NCBI RefSeq assembly: GCF_006345805.1
Contig: NC_043011.1
Coordinates: forward strand, 1,178,001-1,242,000
Length of the DNA: 64,000 nt
Direction of reading: 5' to 3'
Origin: Octopus sinensis
Lineage: Eukaryota
The position numbers and the translations under genes were made by a program. The notes beneath the pieces were generated by a model. It made no database searches and was not told the origin of the DNA. It was given only the letters and a program-made list of their open reading frames with translations. The number at the start of each line of letters is the position of its first letter. The first letter of the stretch is position 1. Shown in pieces: positions 27,434 to 40,287 of the stretch.

Positions 27434-27825
27434 GTCTAGACAGTTAGATAGATAAACACACATAAACAAATATGTGTGCAATGGGCTCCCATAGAGTTTC
27501 TGTGATTCACGTATCCTGCTTTTGAGAGCAGAACATGATCCCACATAATACATATCCTATAATCCCTGTTGATTTCAGTTCCAATTGTTCCTTTGTGATT
27601 GGCCCTTTTAAGCTCAGAGTGCTGAATCCTCTTTTCCTCTCAGGCATTAAAACCAGTCTTAACAGCACTACTATTATAGTAGAATTCAGGTAAAAACCCT
27701 GCAGCGTGCATTTAGGTGTTCTTATGCCATTATTTGGCTACCACATGTTATTCTACAGTTGGATATTTTCCAGTGCTGGATATACATTGTGGACCTTCTT
27801 TATGCATAAGCTTAATATGAGAAGA

Positions 27826-28212
27826 ATAAGTAGCTTGCTTATGAACCACATGGTTCTGGGTTCAGTCCCACTGCATGGCACCTTGGGCGAGTGTCTTCAA
27901 CTATAGCCTCAGGCCGACCAAAACCTTGTGAGTGGATTTGGCAGACGGAAACTGAAAGAAGCCTGTCGTATATATGTATATGTATATATATATGTGTATG
28001 TGTTTGTGTGTCTGTGTTTGTCCCCCACCAACATTGCTTCACAACCGATGCTGGTGTGTTTATGTCCCCGTAACTTAGCGGTTCAGCAAAAGAGACCGAT
28101 AGAATAAGTACTAGGCTTACAAAGAATAAGTCCTGGGGTCGACTTGCTCGACAAAAGGCGGTGCTCCAGCATGGCCACAGTCAAATGACTGAAACAAATA
28201 AAAGAGTAAAAG
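27826..28212 (+). mobile_element. SINE A
   Basis: Near full-length copy. Confidence 0.88.
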
Positions 28213-28460
28213 ACAAAAAATACCAGGCGTTAATAGTAGATTGCAACATTTGTGACTGCACTGCACACCAGCTTTAAGTTACTGAGTTTATATTCATGTA
28301 CCATTATACAAGATCATTCTTTGTAATTACTATATAATTGAATATTTTTTTAGCAACAACTCTGTATGGGTGCTTCATCAGATGGAATACTATTAAGTCC
28401 TGGACTTGTGATCTACTAGTAAAGCCTAATATCATCGATCCTTGTATTATGTTCATCATC

Positions 28461-29880
28461 ATAATGATCATCGTCGTTTAATGTCCGCTTTCAATGCTGG
28501 CATGGGTTGGACAGTTTGACTGAGGGCTGGCACACCAGAAGGCTGCACCAGGCTCCAATATGATCTGGTAATGTTTCTACAGCTGGATGCTTTTCCTAAT
28601 GCCAGCCACTCCGATAGTGTAGTGGGTGCTTTTTACATGCCACTGGCATGAGAGCCAGCCAGGCAGTAATGGCATCAGCCATGTTTGAATGGTGCTTTTT
28701 ACATTCCACCGGCAGGGGAGCCAGTCTAGTGGCACTAGCAATGACCATGCTTGGATGGTGCTATTTAGGTTCCACCAGCATGGGACCAGTCAGGCGGCAC
28801 TGGCATCGACTATGCTCAAATGGTGCTTTTTACGTGCCACCAGCACGGGTGCCAATCAGGCAGTACGGTAATCGGCCATGACAATGATTTCACTTGTCTC
28901 AACCGGTCTTAAAAAGCAGTTTATTGCCTAATGATTGAAGAGTACTCTTAAATGGGTTAGTTATACTGCAATGGCAAAGGCCATAGTTATGGTCTCACTT
29001 GGCTTGCCGGGTCTTCTCAAGCACAGCATATCTCCAAATGTCTTGGTCACTTGTCATCACCTCGATGAGGCCCAACATTTGAAGGTTGTGCTTCACCACC
29101 TCATCCCAGGTCTCCCTGGGTCTACCTCTTCCACATGTTTCCTCTACGGCTAGGGTGTGATACTTTTTCACACAGCTGTCCTCATCCATACACAGCACAT
29201 GACCGTACCAGCACAGTCGTCTCTCTTGCACACCACATCTGATGCTTTTTATGTTCAACTTTTGTCTCAGGGCACTTCCACTCTGTCGTGTATGCACACT
29301 GACATTACACATCCAGTGGAGCATACTAGCTTCATTCCTTGCAAGCTTATGCATGTCCTCAGCAGTCAAGGCCCATGTTTCACTGCCATGTAGCATGGCT
29401 GTTTACACACAGGCGTCATACAATCTACCTTTTTCTCTGAGCAAGAGGGCCTTTGTCACCAGCAGAGGAGCTCACCAAACTTTGCCCAAGATATTCTTAT
29501 TCTAGCAGCTACACTCTCAGAGCAACAACCCATGCTACTGACTTGGTCACCTAGTTAACAGAAGCTATCAACTACTTGTAGATTTTCCTCTTGTAATGTG
29601 ACGGAAGCTGTTTTCTGCACATTTTCAGTGTTTATTACCCTTGAGCTTTTGCCACATACAAAAACTATCTTCTCAGTTAACCTTCCTTGGATATTGCTGC
29701 ACCTTTTATCTGTCCATAGCTTACATCGGGTACATCTTATGGAGGTTCTACCTATGCCTTTTTTCTACAGATCGAGCAAGGCCATCTACCTAAAGGGATT
29801 TGTGGTTTGTCTGCCTTCCTACTTATTAAGACTTTGGTTTTTGTTAGATTGACTCCAAGGCCCTTCGATTTTAGACCTTG
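28461..29880 (-). mobile_element. 5'-truncated RTE LINE with complete 3' UTR and (GAT)n tail
   Basis: ORF 28995-29396 (LHGSETWAL..ERRLCWYGHV..GRGRPRETWDEVVK); 3' UTR with four 65-66-bp subrepeats; ends CATCATCGTTTAATGTCCGC on the plus strand. Confidence 0.88.
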
Positions 29881-29989
29881 CTTCCCCACCTGAAACTTCT
29901 CCTATAGTTCTGATAATGACTCAGCTATTAAAGCAATGTCATCAGCATAGAGAAGCTCCTAGGGGCATCCTGTCTTGAATCCTATTATT

Positions 29990-30710
29990 GCCTGGAGGAT
30001 TATGATGGTGCTTTTTACATGCCACTGGCACAGGAGCCAGTCAAGCTGCACTGGCAATGATCATGCTTGGATGGTGCTTTTTAGGTGCCACCAGCACGGG
30101 ACCAGTCAGGTGGTACTGACATCAACCATGCTCAAATGGTGCTTTTTACGTGCCACCAGCACGGGTGCCAATCAGGCATAACTGTCATCGACCATGATAA
30201 TGACTTCACTTGCCTCAATAGGTCTTTGCAAGTGCAGTTTATTGCCTAATGATTGAAGGGTACTCTTAAATGGGCTGGTTAATTATTCGTATCTAATGCA
30301 TCACCTTCACCTTTGTAGCAGTTGACTATGGTGCTATTGCATCAGTCACTGGGTATGACTCCTTCATGCATCACCTGATTGACTATACAGGTGACTAGAC
30401 CAGTGCTTTTCAAACTTTTTGCTGGAGCGGAACCCCAAGGAAACATTCCACTGGCTCGAGGAACCCCTGTGCAATAATTTAATAGTCTTATGCACACATA
30501 TCTGCACAGGAGAATTAAAAATTACTGCCGATTTTAGCAGTTTTGTAACTTCTTGCGGAACCCCTGGACTGTACTGGCGGAACCCTAAGGTTCCGTGGAA
30601 CCCTGGTTGAAAACCACTTGTCTAGACTATAGCTGACACTGCCAGATATTTTAAGCATCTCTGCAGTGATTCCTGATGGGTTGGGGGCTTTCCCTGTTTT
30701 CATACCCTTA
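29990..30710 (-). mobile_element. Internally deleted RTE fragment (RT N-terminal part joined to 3' UTR), split by a hAT MITE
   Basis: KTGKAPNPSGITAEMLKISGSVSYSL, continuing left of the MITE; three 65-66-bp UTR subrepeats at 30007, 30073 and 30138. Confidence 0.75.
30401..30619. mobile_element. hAT-type MITE, same family, opposite orientation
   Basis: CAGTGCTTTTCAA...TTGAAAACCACT; TSD GACTAGAC/GTCTAGAC; internal sequence is the reverse complement of 27233-27433. Confidence 0.88.
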
Positions 30711-31077
30711 ATACTATTCTTACATATAATAATTTACTTTGCCGTCATTAGATGACATATGAGGGTTTAACAATTTTTTACTGAATAACCACACAGATGA
30801 TTTGTTTATAGTGATCAAATGTTTGTGTGCGAACAGCCATGCTACATGGCAGTGAAACATGGGCCTTGACTGCTGAGGTAATGCATATCAGATCAGCATT
30901 ATCTGTACAGGCGCAACAGGTGTCACGTGTCAGATGTCGAAATGGTCGCAGAGCAACGTGAAATGAAGTGCTTTGCTCAAGAACACAATGCAATGCCTGG
31001 TCTGGAAACTGAACCCACAGTGTAACACCTTAACCACTAAGCCATGCACCTTCATGTATATATGTATATAAATATAT

Positions 31078-31505
31078 AGGCACAAGCATGGATGTGTGGT
31101 AAGAAGCTTGCTCCCTAACAATATAATTCTGGGTTCAATCCCACTGCATGGCATCTTAGGCAAGTGTCTGCTACTATAGCCTGAGGCCAATCAAAGCCTT
31201 GTGAATAGACTTGATGAACAGAAACTGAAAGAAGCCTATCATATATATACATATATGTATTTTTCTATGTCTGTGTATCTTTGTATCTGTGCTTGCTCCC
31301 TCCCCCCATCACCACTTAAAAAATGGTGTTGGTGTGTTTACATCCTCATAACCTAGTGATTCAGCAGAAGAAGCTGATAAAATAAGTACTAGGCTTAAAA
31401 AATAAGTCCTGGGGTCAATTTGTTCAACTACCTCGGTTCAAGGTGGTGCTCTAGCATGGCCACAAACAAATGACTGAAACAAGTAAAAGAACAAAAGATT
31501 AAAAG
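31078..31505 (+). mobile_element. SINE A (diverged)
   Basis: Full-length diverged copy; a 5' half-copy follows at ~31584-31718. Confidence 0.8.
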
Positions 31506-31712
31506 AATATATTTATATGTATATCATATAAGTACAAGTATAGCTATAGGTGCAGACAAGGCTATAGACACAACAGTTGCAAGTGTGTTAAGAAGCTTTG
31601 CTTCCCAAATACATGGTTCTGGGTTCAGTCCCACTGTATGGTACCTTGGCAAAGTATCTTCTGCCTATAGCCCTATGCTGACTAAAGCCTTGTGATAGAA
31701 ACTGAAAGAAGT

Positions 31713-31765
<53 letters not shown>

Positions 31766-31766
31766 T

Positions 31767-31992
31767 GATGTGACCACGTCATTCAAAATGTGACCGCGTG
31801 TGTACCGTTGGCGATTTTTTTTTCCTCTGTTTTCCTTTCTCTGGATCTTTCCTTCTCCTATGTTTCTGATGAAGAGCTCCACTCGAAACCTTAAACCCTC
31901 CTTCTTTCCTTCTTTCCTGAGCGTCCAATAATACTATATTTGTTCCACATCCTTGCGTAGTTGTGTTTTTTTGTGCTTTCTTGTTTGGATTA

Positions 31993-31997
<5 letters not shown>
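31767..31997 (+). mobile_element. Short HHR-bearing non-coding insertion between two (TA)n tracts
   Basis: ~230 bp of CpG-containing, pyrimidine-rich sequence flanked by (TA)n on both sides; carries the 31862 motif. Confidence 0.5.
31862..31896 (+). ncRNA. Minimal hammerhead-like motif (one stem III mutation)
   Basis: GTTT-CTGATGA-A-GAG-CTCCA-CTC-GAAA-CCT-T-AAAC: stem I GTTT/AAAC, stem II GAG/CTC. Stem III would be palindromic ACGT if C31890 were G. Confidence 0.5.
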
Positions 31998-32052
<55 letters not shown>

Positions 32053-32061
32053 ATATATATA

Positions 32062-32620
32062 TAAAATTTTAAAATAGGATAATATCTATATAACAATTTA
32101 TCAAGTAGTCAGTGTGAAAAACTTCAAAAAGGGAAAAACTATAATTATTCCCTTTAAATATATTTATTTATATTAAGGGCATTTCTACACATAAATGCCT
32201 CATGCTATGAGGGACTCTTAAAGTAAAAACTACCATAATAAATACACTGTACCGAACATGAGGGAAAGCAACTCTTGAAGCAAGCTCCTTAAAAACAGAT
32301 TCAGCTGCATATCATACAATTTCATAATTAGCACACAAAATGCACTTTTTAATCATCAGTGCAGGCATAATCAAGACACATAAAAATGAACAAAAATCAG
32401 CATACTAGATGAACACCAAATGTATCCAACAGCATATTAGAGTTGTTCACTCATATATCTATGTAAGAGGCGGGTTTTTCAAATTACATCTCAGTACACA
32501 TGTATATTCAGAATAATTCAGCACTGAATATATTCTGGTTAAATTTAAAATTTAAAAATGGGATAAAATCTTTATAAGAATTTATCAAGTAGTCAGTGTG
32601 AAAAAACCTCAAAAAGGGAA
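32062..32620 (-). mobile_element. Decayed pLTR/retrozyme-like partial tandem (period ~484 bp) abutting (TA)n
   Basis: Identical 27-mer AATTTATCAAGTAGTCAGTGTGAAAAA at 32095 and 32579 within longer imperfect direct repeats; starts at the (TA)n edge; contains the HHR motif. Confidence 0.5.
32305..32364 (-). ncRNA. Decayed type I hammerhead in a ~484-bp partial tandem
   Basis: Minus strand reads CTGCA-CTGATGA-(stem II region)-GAAA-TTGTATGA-T-A-TGCAG. Stem I is CTGCA/TGCAG. ATTGTATGAT is the CpG-decayed form of the palindrome ATCGTACGAT. Confidence 0.55.
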
Positions 32621-32847
32621 TAATTTTAAGTTGAGTGCACATCAACTCTCACTAGCAAAACCAAGAAGCCCAGAGACAAGCAAAGTGTACAACATCCAGC
32701 TTAGTAGATTGATGGAGGGATGCCTTGACAAAGTCCACTGATCCTTCATTTCTAGTGCTTAGTGCACTCTTGGAAACCAATACAAATATTTCCACATCCT
32801 AAGCAAAGAAACACAAATACACACTCACACAGACACATAAACACATG

Positions 32848-32878
<31 letters not shown>

Positions 32879-33447
32879 CTCCTTGTTTTGCAAATGATTG
32901 TCACTGTAATATAAGCAGTGTCATTCATTTCCAATATTCTGTGAGATCATGTCTGGTCATGGAGAAATATTATCTTGCTTGGAAGCAGGTAAGAGTTGGT
33001 GACAGGAAGGGTATCCAACTGTTGAAAATCTGCCTCAGTAAAATCTCCATCCTAACCATGCAAGCATGGAAAACTGATGTTTAATAGTGATGATGATAAT
33101 GATGATATCATCATAATCATCATCATCATCATCATCATCATCATTTAACATTCCCTTTGTCAAACCCATGCTAGCATGGGTTTGACAATTCAACATAAAC
33201 TGACAGGCAAGAGGGTTGCATAGAGCTCAAATGTCTGCTTTGGTATGGTTTCAACAGTTGGGTTTCCTTCCTAACATTAATCACTTCACTGAGTGTATTG
33301 GGAGTTTTTAAGTCTGTCGATATATATTTTAGTTGTAGTCAAGCTATAAAATTATAAATCTAGGATTATAACCTCAAATACTTTAGCAAGATTTGGAGCA
33401 ATAATTCTACAACAATCATTTCTGATTTTTCCCTCAAGCACAATATA

Positions 33448-33671
33448 TATTTCTTTATTGCCCACAAGGGGCTAAACATAGAGGGGACAAACAAGGACAG
33501 ACGAAGGGATTAAGTTGATTATATCGCCCCCAGTGCAAAACTGGTACTTTATTTATCGACCCCGAAAGGATGAAAGGCAAAGTTGACCTTGGCGGAATTT
33601 GAACTCAGAACGTAATGACAGGCGAAATACCACTAAGCATTTTGCCCGGAACGCTAACGTGTCTGCCAGCT
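33448..33671 (-). mobile_element. SINE B
   Basis: 15-bp TSD CTCAAGCACAATATA (33433-47 / 33672-86). Confidence 0.92.
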
Positions 33672-34243
33672 CTCAAGCACAATATAAAAATAAAGGTCAC
33701 ATTATCCAGAGCATTCTGCTTTGTATAAAATAAAATGTTATTTGAGAAAGATTAAGCTGTTATTTCTCAAGTAACTGCATTGGAGCTTCCTTGTTAATGC
33801 AATGCAGACACAAGAAAAATTGATGAGAAAACATGGGTGAAGATCTTGTTTGCATTTCTCTTTTGTTTCAGTTATTTGCTTTCAGGTCTGTTTCTCTTTT
33901 TGTAGTTTGCTGATTGAATAAATTCGTGGACACATTTACAGTTCAAAATGCAGGGTATTTAGAATTAGTTTTCTTTTGTTATCTGTTTTAGTTACAAGGT
34001 AATTAATTTGGAACAGTAACAAAATTTTATTATCATTTGGAATTAATTTTACAATATCAATTCTAAAGATTCAAGCTTTGATATAGTTAGTTTGGCATAA
34101 GGAACTCTGATAAAAGAAAAGAAAAGGAAGGAAACAGTGATTATAAAGATTTCCTTCACTTTTTGAAAGTTATCACAATTTTCCCAGACAAAAGTTTCTT
34201 CATTTAGATTTTCATTGATGCTGATGATGATTTAGAAACACTT

Positions 34244-34617
34244 TACTCTTTTACTTGTTTCAGTCAGTTGACTGTGGTCATGCTGGAGCACCACCTTTAG
34301 TCAAGCAAATCGACCCCACAACTTATTCTTTGTAAGCCCGCTAAGTTACGGGGACATAAACACACACCAGCATCGGTTGTCAAGCAATTCTAGAGGGACA
34401 AACACAGACACACAAACATACACACACACATATATATATATACACACACATATATATGACGGGCTTCTTTGAGTTTCCGTCTACCAAATCCACTCACAAG
34501 GCTTTGGTCGGCCCGAGGCTATAGTAGAAGGCACTTGCCCAAGGTGCCACGCAGTGGGACTGAACCCGGAACCATGTGGTTGGTAAGCAAGCTACTTACC
34601 ACACAGCCACTCCTGTG
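34244..34617 (-). mobile_element. SINE A
   Basis: Reverse-complement copy with a short internal deletion. Confidence 0.88.
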
Positions 34618-35133
34618 CCTAGATGTATATATTATGGTGTGCACAGCCACTTCTTCATTGCCAAAGACTAATCATTGCCTTAATGATAATAATAATAATA
34701 ATAATAATATTAATATTGAAAACTTCTAATTTATCTATTCCCCACCCCATAGCAGTTGTGTATCCATGAAAGTTTTTATGGGACTGAAGGAAATTATAAT
34801 TGCAATACATGCTGCAACCTGTACCTGTTCACTAGGCTGAAGTACCCGCTACTTCAAAGATCTGCAAAGATCTTACCAGATGCTGTAAACATCCCCTCAA
34901 CTTCCCTCCCTGGCTTCCCAGGTTCCCAAGTTCAGAGTTGTCCCAATCAATGTTGGCACAATAAAAGGTATGTTTGGTGGGATTGTTAGAGTTGTTGAAA
35001 TGCTTGAACATTGGCATGTAGATGTCAGCATTGTATTAAGGCCGTGTGCAAGAGGTACGATGCAGGGGAGACTCAGCTAGATTGCTTATGGGCAGGGAAG
35101 CAATACCAGGTTAGGTGGCATAGGTATTCTTCT

Positions 35134-35370
35134 GGCGGCGAGCTGGTAGAAACGTTAGCATGCCGGGCGAAATGCGTAGCCGTATTTTGTCTGCCGCTAC
35201 GTCCTGAGTTCAAATTCCACCGAGGTCGACTTTGCCTTTCATCCTTTCGGGGTCGATAAATTAAGTACCAGTCATGCACTGGGGTCGATATAATCGCCTT
35301 AATCCGTTTATCTGTCCTTGTTTGTCCCTTCTGAGTTTAGCCCCTTGTGGGTAGTAAAGAAATAGGTATT
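35134..35370 (+). mobile_element. SINE B inserted in the RTE endonuclease region
   Basis: Direct repeat ATAGGTATTCTTCTGGC on both sides. Confidence 0.9.
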
Positions 35371-37689
35371 CTTCTGGCAGAGAAATGGGTGGATAAGGTG
35401 ATTAAGGTAATCAGGGTGAGTGGTAGGATTATAAAGCTTAGATTAGTTCTGTTTATTGTAACAGTCTCATTTAACTCTGCATTTGCTCCACATGTCAGAC
35501 TCACAGATATTCAGAAGGACTGTTTCTAGGAATCCTTTCTGCAGACTACCTTGACAACGAAAGACAACGATGTTCTCATTGTGGCATGAAACTTCAATGG
35601 CCAAACTGGAAAACACTCTGATGGTTTTCATGGTAAGCATGGAGGCTACAGCTTTGGTTCCAGAAAGGAGTGGGGAGCAAGACTGCTGGATTTCTTGATG
35701 ATTTGCAACACCAACTTCAGAAAACCTGCCAGCCCTCTGGCCATTTATCAATCTGGTGGGCACACTATCCAGATTGACTACATCCTCATCAGAAACAAGA
35801 CAGATGTATTCTTGTGAATGCAAAGTCCTTCCCAGGTGAAGAATGTACAACTCAATGTTGGTTAGCAATTAGTGACTTCAAATTAAAGATCCTGGAAAAC
35901 AAGCTGATATGTAAAAGGAGTTTATGGAAGATGAAATATCCTTCAAATAGACAGAGATTTTGAGATGTCTTTAATGAAGTCTTTGATGAGAAGGAGGTAG
36001 AGATGGAGACATACAACATAGAGGTCAACTGGAAGTCCTTACAGGACAATCTACTGAGAACAACAGACTAAATCTGTGGTTGGAGCAAAGCTTCTGCCAG
36101 ACCAAAGGTGACATAGTGGTCAGTGAGATCAGTAGGATTATAAAAGAGAAGAGATGGGCGTTGAAACAGTGGAAGAGTGGTGGTAGCAAAGAATCATATC
36201 AGATAGCTAAAAGAGAAGCTAGACGTCAGGTATATCTAACTAGGACAGAAGCAGAATGGAAGAGGTTTGACAATGTCCTATAGCATTAAGATCAGGGAAC
36301 TGAGGTGTCCCAGATTGCCAGACAATGTGTTAGAGAGGATTGAGATGTGGGAGAGAAATGTGTATGGACAGACAATGGTATGCTTGCTTTTAGTGATCCT
36401 GAAAAGAAAGAGGCATCCATGGAAGGGCTATTATGAATGACTATTAAATGTAGTGAATGAATGGGAGAAAGGAGTCTTCCTCATGTGAACCCAACAGAGG
36501 GACCAGTTATCCTAGTTGACAACGTCATGATAGATAAAACAATTATAGATATTAAGACAGGGAAATCCCATGGTTCAACAGGAGTCACTGCCAAGGCACT
36601 TAAGATATCTGGCAGAGTTGGATATAGTCCAGTCATGTATAGTTATCAAGTTATTCAGGAAGGCATAATCTCTAGTGACTTGTGCAGTAGTAATAACATA
36701 ATCACCTGCTACAAGGGAGAAACTTTAGATAAAGTAATTATAAAGGCATCAAATTGCTGGACCAGGTGATGAAGGTTGCAGAGAGAATTATAGCCCAATT
36801 AATTAGGAGTAGAATCAAACCAGATGAAATGCAGTTTGGCTTTGTCCCAGAAAAAAGCACCACAGATGCTATTTTCTTAGTCAGGAAACTCTAAGAGAAG
36901 TATTTAGCTACATTAAAGCTGTTGTGCTTGACATTTATTGATCTAGAGAAGGTATTAGATAGAGTTTGATAGAGTACTTTACTCTGTGATTTTGTGATCT
37001 TTGAAGAAACTAGGAGTAGAAAAATGACTTGTGAAAGCACTACAGGCAATATACAGCAGTGCTGTTCATAAAGTAAGAGTTGACCAAAGGTACAGTGACA
37101 AATTTAGTGTACAGGCAGGTGCTTAGCTCTTAGCCTCCTATTCATCACCATCATCCTCCTGGCCAAAACAGAGGAATTCAAAACTGGAAGCCCATGGGGA
37201 CTACTATATGCTGATGATCTTACCTTCATAGCAAAATCTGTAACAGAATTAGAAAAATTCCAGGTGTGGAAACAGAACCTGAAATCAAAGGGTCTTAAAG
37301 TTAACTTAAATACCAAGGTCCTAGTAAGCAAGAAATCAGATGGGATCCTTCACCTTTCAGGTAAATAATCCTGATTGATATGTAGGAAGGGTGTAGGCAG
37401 AAATTCCATTCAGTGTACCCAGTGCAAGCTATAGACTCACAAGAGGTGCAATGGAATAGTAGGAAGGTTTTAACAGAGAAAGTAGTGTTTGTATGTGGAA
37501 GATGTATGGGAGCCATAAAGACCACTAATACATGGGAAACTGGTGAGACTTATTTGAGAGCAGAAAAAAGGAAAAAAAACCCTGAGAATAGTAACTTAAT
37601 AAGTACTATTATCAATACTGCTCATATTCTGCTACCTTCCTCGACCACCACAATTACCACTCAGGTGTTCACAATTCACGTTGTGCTCC

Positions 37690-37776
37690 ACACCACCACC
37701 ACAACCATTGCTGCTGCCATGACCACCACCACCAACAACAACAGCAACAACAACAACAATGCCACCATCCCACACT

Positions 37777-37846
<70 letters not shown>

Positions 37847-37980
37847 GCTACTACTACTACTACTGCTACTGCTGCTGCCACCACCACAGCCATTGTTGCT
37901 ACCACCAACACCACTACCACTACCTCCACAAATACAACCACTACCTCCACAAATACAACCACTACCACCACTACCACCAC
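37690..37980. repeat. (ACC)n/(AAC)n/(ACT)n trinucleotide field inserted in the RTE
   Basis: Direct reading; RT homology resumes at ~37985. Confidence 0.92.
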
Positions 37981-39431
37981 TTCTCTCCGGAAGTTGTAAA
38001 TAATATCTGCTACCTAGATGACCTAATTAGTTGTAGAGGAGGTTGTACAGAAAGTGTAATAGTTAGAATAAGAATAGGATAAAGAAAGCTCAAAGAGCTT
38101 TTACCTTTGTTGGCAACCAAAGGTCGTTCTCTCTGAGTGAAAAGAAGATTGCATGATGCATCTATACAAACTGCAGTGCTATATGACAATGAGACATGGC
38201 GCTTGAATGCAGAGGACATGAGAAGACTTGAGAGGAATGAAGCTGATATGTTCTGGTGGAGTGCAATATCAGTGTAAATGTGTGACAGAGCACCTGTGTA
38301 TTGAGAGAAAAATTAGGCATGAGAGGAATTATATACACTGGGAAAGAGAGGAGACTCTTTATATACAGTGTGAAAGAGAATTATATATACTGTGAAAGTG
38401 AGTTTGGTCACGTGATGTGGACAGATGCAGACAGTTACATAAAGAAGTGCCAATCACATAAAGTGGGGGAAGTTGTGGAAGAAGGTCATAGGATGAAGAA
38501 TTGAAGGCTGATCTCAAAATGTTGAGCCTTACAAAGGAGATGACAGTGGACTGAGGCATGTGGTGCATTGCTGTACTAGGGAAGAACTGCACACCACAAC
38601 AGAACTGATATTATCCCAAAACCAAGGTGCCACATAAAAAAGCATTGGTGTAGTTGCTGGTGCCATGAAAAAAGCCCTTGTGATGGTGCTAACTAAAAAG
38701 CATCCTGTACACTCTGTGAAGTGGTTGGTGTTAGGAAGGGCATCTAGCTGTAGAAACCAAACCAAAACAGACTATGGAACCTGGCCTTGTCAGTTCTTGT
38801 CAAGCTGTCCAACCCATACCAGCATGGAAACGGTCGTTAAATGATGATGATGATGATGATGATTTGTAAATTCAATTTTCACTTCTCTCTGCCGTTAGAG
38901 AGTGAGTATGACAGAAGCTTCAGAGCTTATTAGAGATACTTGAGAAGATAAAATTCATACCACTCAAAGAATACCTCATTTAGAGGCTGTTTAACCTACT
39001 ATCTGCAGAGAAATTCTTATCATTCATATAAATTCAATGAGCAAAATTAGCATTCAGTCTTCATTATATATACATATTTTTGATTATGTACTATGCTAGA
39101 GATCAATATACCCAATTAGCATACTATCATGAAAACTTGTAGTGTGTGTGTGTGTGTGTGTGAGTGCCCACAAGTTTACTGATACTATTCAAGAAATAAA
39201 ATAATCAGTAGGGTCCAGTGAATGCAAAGTTGAAACAATACAATGGGGCAAGCACCCACAGCACATGTGTTAGTGCTACCACTTCAACTTATGGTAATAG
39301 TACAAGTCTTCGAGACACAGTACACTGTGTGCCTTCTCAGTTTGCTACAACTAGCACACAAATCTACCTCAATTCACACCTCGCTATCTTAAAATAACAT
39401 TAAATACTCACTGTCTCAAAAATGTTTGGAT

Positions 39432-39646
39432 ACTCTTTACTTGTTTCAGTCATGTGACTGTGGCCATGCTGGAGCACCACCTTTAGTCGATCAAATCGAC
39501 CCCAGGACTTATTCTTTGTAAGCCTAGTACTTATTTTATCGGTCTCTTTTTTGCCAAACCACAAAGTTATGGGGATGTAAACACACCGGCATTGGTTGTC
39601 AAGCGATGTTGGGGGGACAAACACAGACACACAAACACGCACATAC

Positions 39647-39707
<61 letters not shown>

Positions 39708-39715
39708 TACGATGG
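39432..39715 (-). mobile_element. SINE A, 3' half
   Basis: Reverse-complement partial copy. Confidence 0.85.
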
Positions 39716-40287
39716 GCAACGACAGGTATTATGCTCAGTCAGAGCTGACCTGATATTAAACATCATCATTCTCAACAACAACAATTGACACCTACATCAA
39801 TGCTTCAGTTTGTTTTAAAGGTGTAGAGTTAGTCAGATTAACATACAAACGTTGCATATAACATGCATGGGTATGCAATCCCACAGTCATTGCATAGTGC
39901 TAGGCACATTGAAGTTCTGTTTCCATTTTAATTAACAAAATGACTGCCATGCATTTCTGTATCACTCCCGAAAAGTGAGAATAGGCTTCCCACTTCTAGG
40001 AAGCAGTGGACAATGATGTTAACATTTTCACTAAAGTTTTTTTTAATTGATTTTCCATTAGGCTATATATTAAGATAAGAAGCGTTTTTAAATACCAAAA
40101 GAGTGAGTATGAAGAAGCAAGAAAATAAGAAGATTGGAATAATTGCGCCATTCTTAAGCAAAAATGACTTTCACACTTTATAAACACTGGATTACAATCT
40201 CCACAGGAAAAACGTCAGATAAAAATGTTAGTTTTATATATATGTATATATATATAAAGACATATTTATGTATCTCTCTAACCAGTT

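Larger units (their letters stand above)
34945..38862 (+). mobile_element. Near full-length decayed RTE LINE (APE endonuclease, RT, 3' UTR) with SINE and microsatellite insertions
   Basis: NVGTIKG, VQEVRCRGDSARLL, GILLAEKWVDKV (APE); KTGKS.G, QFGFVP..STTDAIF, LYADDL, CYLDDLIS (RT); tail GTTAAATGATGATGATG near 38840-62; pervasive stops. Confidence 0.88.
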
